From Desulfuromonadales bacterium (lineage in GTDB: Bacteria; Desulfobacterota; JAENJC01): 64,000 nt of DNA. The stretch covers positions 3,436 to 67,435 of the forward strand of contig CAKKSC010000022.1 in assembly GCA_919902985.1 (NCBI GenBank), read 5' to 3'. The notes beneath the pieces were generated by a model. It searched no databases, was not told the origin of the DNA, and saw only the letters and a program-made list of their open reading frames with translations. Below are positions 57,654 to 64,000 of this stretch, one piece after another. Made by a program: the position numbers and the translations under genes. How positions within the stretch are numbered: the first letter of the stretch is position 1; the number at the start of each line of letters is the position of its first letter.

Positions 57654-58169
57654 GTGGACGGGAAAAAAAGATATGTCCTTTTAATCGCCATAGCCGGGCT
57701 GGTTCTGCTCCTGGACCAGCTCACAAAGATTTATATAGTCTCGAGATTCAGCCTGTATGAGTCGCTCACCATTATAGAGGACTTTTTTCACATCACATAT
57801 ATTAGAAACCCCGGGGCAGCATTCGGGATATTTGCCGGAAGCGCCGCTTCATTCAGGATCCCATTCTTCCTGACCCTCTCTTTTGTTGCAATCATTGGAA
57901 TGCTGTTTTTTTATAAGACTGTAGCAGAAGAACTCCTTCGTATCGCCCTTTCACTTATACTGGGAGGGGCTTTAGGGAACATGATAGACAGGGCGAGGTT
58001 TGGCGAGGTAATTGATTTTATTGACGTCCATTGGTATAGTAATCACTGGCCCGCCTTCAATGTGGCAGATTCCGCCATTACCATAGGTGTCGGGCTCATG
58101 ATACTGGATATGCTTATAAAAGAAAACGGCTCTCACCGCAAAGGCGCAAAGGACGCAGAGAAAGACTAA
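57654..58169 (+). CDS. lspA: Lipoprotein signal peptidase
   Basis: LDQLTK, NPGAAFG, GALGNMIDR, FNVADSAI. Confidence 0.96.
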   Translation: MDGKKRYVLLIAIAGLVLLLDQLTKIYIVSRFSLYESLTIIEDFFHITYIRNPGAAFGIFAGSAASFRIPFFLTLSFVAIIGMLFFYKTVAEELLRIALSLILGGALGNMIDRARFGEVIDFIDVHWYSNHWPAFNVADSAITIGVGLMILDMLIKENGSHRKGAKDAEKD

Positions 58170-58207
58170 TATAAAAAACCTATGCTGGCTTCAACTCAAA
58201 GCGAATT

Positions 58208-58975
58208 ATGCATCCCATCTTAATTAAACTCGGACCCTTCACCATCTATTCCTATGGATTCTTCCTCGCCATAGGGTTTATGCTGGCCATCGTCTATGTG
58301 ACAAGAGAGGCAAAAAGGGTAGGAGTAGACCCTCAGAAGGTTTCAGACATGGCCTTCTACCTCATAGTTTCGGCCCTTGTCGGAGCGAGACTTCTTTTTG
58401 TTCTTACTGAGCTCCACGACTTTGTTGAAAACCCTCTTGAGGTGTTCAAGATATGGAAGGGGGGGCTCGTCTTCTACGGTGGGTTTATCGGAGCCCTCAT
58501 TGCAGGGATATGGTATGTAAAGCGGAAGAATATGCCTCTTTGGAAGACCGCCGACATAATCGCCCCTGCCATTGCCCTTGGGCAGTCACTGGGAAGGATA
58601 GGTTGTTTTTCCGCAGGGTGCTGCTATGGAAAAGAGTGCGATCTCCCCTGGGCAGTTACATTCACAGACCCGAACTCCCTTGCCAGGCTTGGGGTTCCAC
58701 TGCATCCTACCCAGCTCTATGAGTCCGCCCTTGATTTCGGAATATTCCTGTTCCTTATTGTCTTTAGAAAAAGAAAGACCTTTGAAGGCCAGCTGATCTG
58801 GCTTTATTCCCTTCTGTATGCCGTTGCGCGCCTCGTTGTCGAGTCTTTCAGGGGAGACCCGAGAGGGTTTGTTGGAGGTATGCTGGCCACTTCCCAGCTC
58901 ATAGGTATCGTCATGATACCCATCTCAATATTTATGCTTATGAAACTTGGCAGGAAGAAGCCCGGTTTTAAATGA
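58208..58975 (+). CDS. lgt: Prolipoprotein diacylglyceryl transferase
   Basis: GGLVFYGG, GRIGCF, HPTQLYE. Confidence 0.96.
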   Translation: MHPILIKLGPFTIYSYGFFLAIGFMLAIVYVTREAKRVGVDPQKVSDMAFYLIVSALVGARLLFVLTELHDFVENPLEVFKIWKGGLVFYGGFIGALIAGIWYVKRKNMPLWKTADIIAPAIALGQSLGRIGCFSAGCCYGKECDLPWAVTFTDPNSLARLGVPLHPTQLYESALDFGIFLFLIVFRKRKTFEGQLIWLYSLLYAVARLVVESFRGDPRGFVGGMLATSQLIGIVMIPISIFMLMKLGRKKPGFK

Positions 58976-59004
58976 TCTGATATCTTTCAATCCAACAGTT
59001 AAAC

Positions 59005-59037
59005 AAAAAAGCCCTCTGGAGTCCCAGGGGGCTTTTT
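59005..59037. terminator. Bidirectional intrinsic terminator between convergent lgt and glnA
   Basis: AAAAAAGCCCTCTGG-AGTC-CCAGGGGGCTTTTT. Confidence 0.85.
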
Positions 59038-59061
59038 ATTGTCGTTTTATCAAAACATTTC

Positions 59062-60474
59062 TTAGCAGTCGTAATAGAGTGCGAACTCGTAAGGTGTCGG
59101 CCTCATGGCCATTGGTTTTACCTCTTTGTCAGTCTTGTACTCAATCCAGGTCTCGATAACGTCTTTTGTGAATACATCGCCCTTCAGCAGGAACTCATGA
59201 TCATTCTGAAGTGCAGTAAGGGCTTCTTCCAGAGAACCGCAGCATGAAGGAACCTTGGAAAGCTCCTCTGGAGACAGGCCGTATATATCTTTATCAAGAG
59301 GATCTCCCGGATTTATCTTGTTCTGGATGCCATCCAGGCCGGCCATCAGCATGGCGGAAAATGCCAGGTAGCCGTTGCATGCAGGATCAGGGAACCTTAC
59401 CTCAATCCTCTTCGCCTTAGGAGAAGGTGAATACATAGGAATCCTGATGGATGCAGACCTGTTCCTCCCGGAATATGCCAGGTTCACAGGCGCCTCAAAC
59501 CCTGGGACCAGTCTTCTGTATGAGTTGGTTGTCGGGTTGCAGATAGCGTTAAGGGCCTTTGCATGCTTCAGGATGCCGCCAATATAGTAAAGAGCCATCT
59601 TGCTCATCCCGCCGTACTCTTCACCGGCAAACAGTGGCTTCCCGCCTTTCCAGAGACTCTGGTGACAATGCATGCCGCTGCCGTTGTCTCCAAAAAGAGG
59701 CTTTGGCATGAAGGTCACGGTCTTGTTGTGCATGTAGGCCACATTCTTAATTATGTGTTTGAACCACTGGAGCTGGTCACCCATTTTAAGGAGGGAGTTG
59801 AATCTTATGTCAATCTCTGCCTGTCCTGCGCTGGCAACTTCGTGGTGCTGTCTCTCGACAGGTATCCCCATGCTCTCCATGATCATGCACATTTCAGTCC
59901 TGATGTCCTGCTGGCTGTCAGTTGGGGAAACAGGGAAGTAGCCTTCCTTATAACGAGGCTTGTAACCGAGGTTTGGCCCTTCCTCTCTGCCGCTGTTCCA
60001 GCGACCCTCAATGGAGTCGATATAATAAAAACCATGATTACCATGCTGGTCAAAGCGTATATCATCGAATATAAAAAACTCCGGTTCGGGGCCAAAATAT
60101 GCGGTGTCAGCAATCCCTGTTGACTTGAGATATGCCTCCGCCTTCTTCGCTATGCTCCTGGGGTCCCTGCTGTAGGTTTCCCTGGTTATAGGGTCTATGA
60201 TATCGCAGATAAGGCTAAGGGTTGCCTCCTCCATGAATGGGTCCATTACCGCTGTGGACGGGTCCGGGATAACGAGCATGTCGCTCGCATGGATAGGCTG
60301 CCATCCCCTTATGCTTGAGCCGTCAAAACCCAGCCCCTCCTCGAATATCTCCTCTTTCAACTCTGAGACAGGGATGGTGAAATGCTGCCAGATACCTACG
60401 AAGTCCAGAAACTTCAGGTCTACCATCTTGGCGTTGTTTTCGTTTGAAAATTTTACTACGTCCTTAGGTGTCAT
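59062..60474 (-). CDS. glnA: Glutamine synthetase type I
   Basis: [24 protein letters not shown], adenylylation-site Tyr in DKDIYGL. Confidence 0.98.
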   Translation of the reverse strand: MTPKDVVKFSNENNAKMVDLKFLDFVGIWQHFTIPVSELKEEIFEEGLGFDGSSIRGWQPIHASDMLVIPDPSTAVMDPFMEEATLSLICDIIDPITRETYSRDPRSIAKKAEAYLKSTGIADTAYFGPEPEFFIFDDIRFDQHGNHGFYYIDSIEGRWNSGREEGPNLGYKPRYKEGYFPVSPTDSQQDIRTEMCMIMESMGIPVERQHHEVASAGQAEIDIRFNSLLKMGDQLQWFKHIIKNVAYMHNKTVTFMPKPLFGDNGSGMHCHQSLWKGGKPLFAGEEYGGMSKMALYYIGGILKHAKALNAICNPTTNSYRRLVPGFEAPVNLAYSGRNRSASIRIPMYSPSPKAKRIEVRFPDPACNGYLAFSAMLMAGLDGIQNKINPGDPLDKDIYGLSPEELSKVPSCCGSLEEALTALQNDHEFLLKGDVFTKDVIETWIEYKTDKEVKPMAMRPTPYEFALYYDC

Positions 60475-60545
60475 CTTTACTCCTCCTTATATTTTAGTGA
60501 ATAGCAATACAGTTATTTTCTATTCACTTTTGCCTGTTACCGGAG

Positions 60546-60899
<354 letters not shown>

Positions 60900-60994
60900 T
60901 CAATATCGGTTGCTTTTAACATAAAAAAAAGAGCATTGCAAGGAAGAATGAAAAACCTCCATTACTGCTTCAAAAACTTGTATATTTAAAGCAC

Positions 60995-61010
60995 TGCAAG
61001 GGGTATGCCG
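60995..61010 (-). promoter_or_regulatory. Sigma54 -24/-12 promoter for glnB-glnA
   Basis: Minus strand CGGCATACCCCTTGCA = GG-N10-GC. Confidence 0.75.
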
Positions 61011-61144
61011 TATTGTAATATATTGATTTTGCTGGGGTTGGCCCTTTTGCTAAGCCTAAAATTGATATTAGCTGCTCATTAGTTAAGCAAGAAAATATTT
61101 TACCATCTTTCAAGTGTGAACAATATCGCCTGTTTAAAAATATC

Positions 61145-61180
61145 TGCCCATGTTGCGGGCAGTTGCATAATGATTGTGCA
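61145..61180. promoter_or_regulatory. Two tandem NtrC-like enhancer sites
   Basis: TGCCC-N7-GGGCA (61145-61161) and TGCAT-N7-GTGCA (61164-61180). Confidence 0.65.
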
Positions 61181-61296
61181 GATTGTTGAGAGGGGAGGAA
61201 CTGAGATGTTGTGGTTGCAATGAATGGATACTCATGGTATTTTTGTAGCATCAATAGGCGTTTATTTTATATAAAATATTAGCAGGGAGGTGCAGT

Positions 61297-61671
61297 ATGA
61301 CAGCAAGAAATCAGGTTTACAGGTGTGAGAAGTGCGGCAATATCGTTGAGGTGCTTAATGCTGGTGGCGGGACACTGGTATGCTGCGGGGCAGATATGAC
61401 ACTTCTTGTTGAGAACACAGTGGACGCGTCGAAAGAGAAGCATGTCCCGGTAATAGAAAGGACTGCGGATGGGATAAAGGTGAAGGTCGGAGCTGTTCCG
61501 CATCCTATGGAGGACAAGCACTTCATCATGTGGATTGAATTGATTGCAGATGGGAATGTCTACCGTCAGTTCCTGACGCCTGGGAGTGCTCCTGTGACCT
61601 TCTTCCCTGTGGCAGCCGGAAATGTGACCGCAAGAGAGTATTGCAACCTTCACGGTCTGTGGAAAAGCTGA
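61297..61671 (+). CDS. dfx: Desulfoferrodoxin (2Fe superoxide reductase)
   Basis: CEKC...CC centre I; EKHVP, HPM...H, CNLHG centre II. Confidence 0.95.
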   Translation: MTARNQVYRCEKCGNIVEVLNAGGGTLVCCGADMTLLVENTVDASKEKHVPVIERTADGIKVKVGAVPHPMEDKHFIMWIELIADGNVYRQFLTPGSAPVTFFPVAAGNVTAREYCNLHGLWKS

Positions 61672-61710
61672 TACAAGACTGCCGGAATCATATGTCAGAG
61701 GTAAGCAGCC

Positions 61711-62379
61711 ATGCGCATCCTTATTGTGGAAGATGAAAAGGCCCTTGCCAATAATCTGAAAAGAGGCCTTTCTGAAGAAGGTTATAGCGCAGATGTGGCC
61801 TATGATGGAGAAGAGGGCGGCTTTATGGCAGAGACCGAGCCATATGACCTGATCATTCTCGATATAATGCTTCCAAAGGTTGACGGCTTCACTCTCCTCA
61901 AGAACATCAGAAAACAGGGGATTAAGGCCCCAGTCCTTATGTTGACAGCGAAGGACGCGATATCAGACAAGATCAAGGGGCTTGACACCGGGGCCGATGA
62001 CTATATTATAAAACCATTCGATTTCGATGAACTCCTGGCCAGGGTCAGGGCCCTGCTTAGGCGGAAGGGGGAAGTGAAGTCAGCGGTTATAGGTATTGGT
62101 GACCTGGAGATAGACACAGCAGGGCATCAGGTCAAAAGGGGAGGGAAGGATATAAACCTTTCAGCAAGGGAATATGCCCTTCTGGAATACCTGGCCTATA
62201 ATAAAGATAAGGTTGTAACAAGGATCGATATATCGGAACATATATATGACTATGACTTTGACCTTGACAGTAACATTATAGATGTCTATATAAACTTCCT
62301 TAGAAACAAGATTGATAAGGGGTTTGAAAAAAAACTGATCCATACCGTTCGGGGAGCGGGGTATATACTTAAAGAGTGA
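61711..62379 (+). CDS. OmpR-family response regulator (CusR/CzcR-like)
   Basis: REC domain plus wHTH (IHTVRGAGY). Confidence 0.93.
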   Translation: MRILIVEDEKALANNLKRGLSEEGYSADVAYDGEEGGFMAETEPYDLIILDIMLPKVDGFTLLKNIRKQGIKAPVLMLTAKDAISDKIKGLDTGADDYIIKPFDFDELLARVRALLRRKGEVKSAVIGIGDLEIDTAGHQVKRGGKDINLSAREYALLEYLAYNKDKVVTRIDISEHIYDYDFDLDSNIIDVYINFLRNKIDKGFEKKLIHTVRGAGYILKE

Positions 62380-62381
62380 AA

Positions 62382-62412
62382 TTGTAGGGACTCCCCGCCG
62401 GAGCTTCTCTGC
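62382..62412. repeat. Degenerate copy of the GTAGAGACG REP-like family
   Basis: TTGTAGGGACTCCCCGCCGGAGCTTCTCTGC versus 45971-46003. Confidence 0.5.
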
Positions 62413-62420
62413 CTTGTGCT

Positions 62421-63803
62421 ATGTTTAGATCTATAAAAACACGTCTTCTTATCTGGTTGCTTTCTGCCCTTGCCGTCATAATGATAAGCCTCGGACTTTT
62501 CCTGTACAACCGTCTTGATATTATTGTGATAGATATGGTTGACCACCTCCTTTCAGACAAGGCGGAACTCTTGAAGGGGCTTGTCCACGAGCATAATGGG
62601 GAGATCGAGTTTGAGATATCTGATGTGACTTTAGGGGATTATTCGATAAAGGATTCAGGGCATTATTTTGAGATAGCCGACGCCGAAGGTAAGACTCTCG
62701 TAAAATCAAGGTCGCTCGGTGATTATAGCTTTGCAGGATCACACTCTCCTAAAGATACAGGATTTTTTACAGGGCCGGGACCGTCTCCGGTATCTGTTCG
62801 CCTGTTTGTTCACGAGTTTCTCACATTTGAAAATGAAAGATTTGTTCTCTATGTTGCGGAAGAGTTAAAGGAAGAGCTTGGCCTACTGAGGGCCTTCAAG
62901 GTGTTCCTGCTCAGTGTTTTTCCTCTGACCATATTGCTTACTGGAGTCGGGAGCATATTTATTGTGCAGCTTTCCCTTAGACCGTTGACCTCCTTTTCCC
63001 AACAGATTGGTTTGATCACAGAGAAAAGGCTCCATGAAAGGGTAGACTCACAGGGGGTCGATGCAGAGCTTAAGGAGCTTGCCTCTTCCTTCAATGAGAC
63101 GATGGACCGCCTGGAGAAGGCCTTTCAGGCCCAGAGGGACTTTTTGTCCGATGCATCACATGAACTCAGGACACCTACCGCTGTGATAAAGAGCACGGCA
63201 GATATTACCTTGCGGCGGGAGAGGTCTGCTGTCGAATACAGGGAGGCATTGGGAACTGTAAAGGATGCGGCTGAGAGGATGGGAGGGCTTATAGACAGGC
63301 TTCTGAAGCTGTCCAGACTTGATGCAGAGCAGAGCGAGAAAAAAGAAAGGGTCAACCTGAAAGACGTCCTGAAAACGGCTATAAAAACGATCGCTCCGCT
63401 GGCTGAAGCTCAGGGGATAGATATCTATACAGAAAAGGCAGTTGATGTGGCTGTGGAAGGAGATAAAGACCAGCTTTCAGAGCTCTTCCTCAGTATCCTT
63501 GATAATTCCATTAAATACAACAGGCCAAAGGGGAGCGTAAACCTTTCCCTGGCAAGATTGGATAATTGGGCAGTTGTAAAGGTGGCAGATACCGGTATTG
63601 GAATTGCGCCGGAGGCTTTGGACAAGGTATTTGACAGATTCTACAGAGAAGATGTCTCCAGGGGTGAGATTCCGGGGACTGGCCTGGGGCTTCCAATAGC
63701 AAAGGGTATTGCCGAGGGCCACGGCGGGAGGATAGAGGTTGAGAGCAGGGTAGGGGAGGGCAGCACGTTTACCGTATACCTGCCTCTGAATAGCTCTTCC
63801 TAA
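62421..63803 (+). CDS. Sensor histidine kinase (CusS/CzcS-like)
   Basis: Two TM, HAMP, DASHELRTP, FDRFYR, GTGLGL. Confidence 0.92.
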   Translation: MFRSIKTRLLIWLLSALAVIMISLGLFLYNRLDIIVIDMVDHLLSDKAELLKGLVHEHNGEIEFEISDVTLGDYSIKDSGHYFEIADAEGKTLVKSRSLGDYSFAGSHSPKDTGFFTGPGPSPVSVRLFVHEFLTFENERFVLYVAEELKEELGLLRAFKVFLLSVFPLTILLTGVGSIFIVQLSLRPLTSFSQQIGLITEKRLHERVDSQGVDAELKELASSFNETMDRLEKAFQAQRDFLSDASHELRTPTAVIKSTADITLRRERSAVEYREALGTVKDAAERMGGLIDRLLKLSRLDAEQSEKKERVNLKDVLKTAIKTIAPLAEAQGIDIYTEKAVDVAVEGDKDQLSELFLSILDNSIKYNRPKGSVNLSLARLDNWAVVKVADTGIGIAPEALDKVFDRFYREDVSRGEIPGTGLGLPIAKGIAEGHGGRIEVESRVGEGSTFTVYLPLNSSS

Positions 63804-64000
63804 CCTGCGGCAATCTTGACGACTATCTTGAATACGTGGGATGGCCTGCCTGCCGCCAGTCTGGGGGCATGACCGTCTTCTGGATATAGCACAGTTAGTT
63901 GTCCAGCCTTAAGATAAACTGGCGTCACCTCACCCTCAGGCGCCGTGCCGAAACAGATGTCCTTTTCCTCGTCATATTCTTCTGTAATAACCATCCGTTC
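63800..64000 (-). CDS. YhcH/YjgK/YiaL family protein, 3' part
   Basis: YDEEKDICF...LYPEDGHAP...KIVVKI. Confidence 0.85.
   Translation of the reverse strand, partial: ERMVITEEYDEEKDICFGTAPEGEVTPVYLKAGQLTVLYPEDGHAPRLAAGRPSHVFKIVVKIAAG

Overview
A 64-kb bacterial chromosomal segment whose gene content and order look Desulfobacterota/deltaproteobacterial (inferred). It carries radA, rsmA-rng-galT-radical SAM-DUF507x2, mnmE, metX-metW-thiE-thiD-dedA, metY, selA, galU-hsp20-lon, a hybrid kinase, thiL, a Dif-like cheR-mcp-cheW-cheY-cheA-cheC-cheD cluster, larBC, a diguanylate cyclase, ileS-lspA-lgt, glnB-glnA and desulfoferrodoxin. There are two accessory regions: a lipoprotein/two-component module at 1-6 kb, and an island of gene debris at 23.4-28.6 kb inside the methionine cluster. 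The main signal is several families of 30-130 nt palindromic or 7/8-mer repeat elements that occur both between genes and in frame inside housekeeping genes (about 13 sites in rsmA, the radical SAM gene, thiL, cheA, larC, ileS and lspA), and that also supply start and stop codons. Second, a 1.8-kb block holding an orphan Rhs toxin tip plus a CPBP protease is bracketed by paired inward-facing GTCCC-N-TTT motifs lying at the truncation points of the flanking gene fragments. No rRNA, tRNA, CRISPR array or intact transposase was found. All family assignments come from motif recognition by eye, not database searches.
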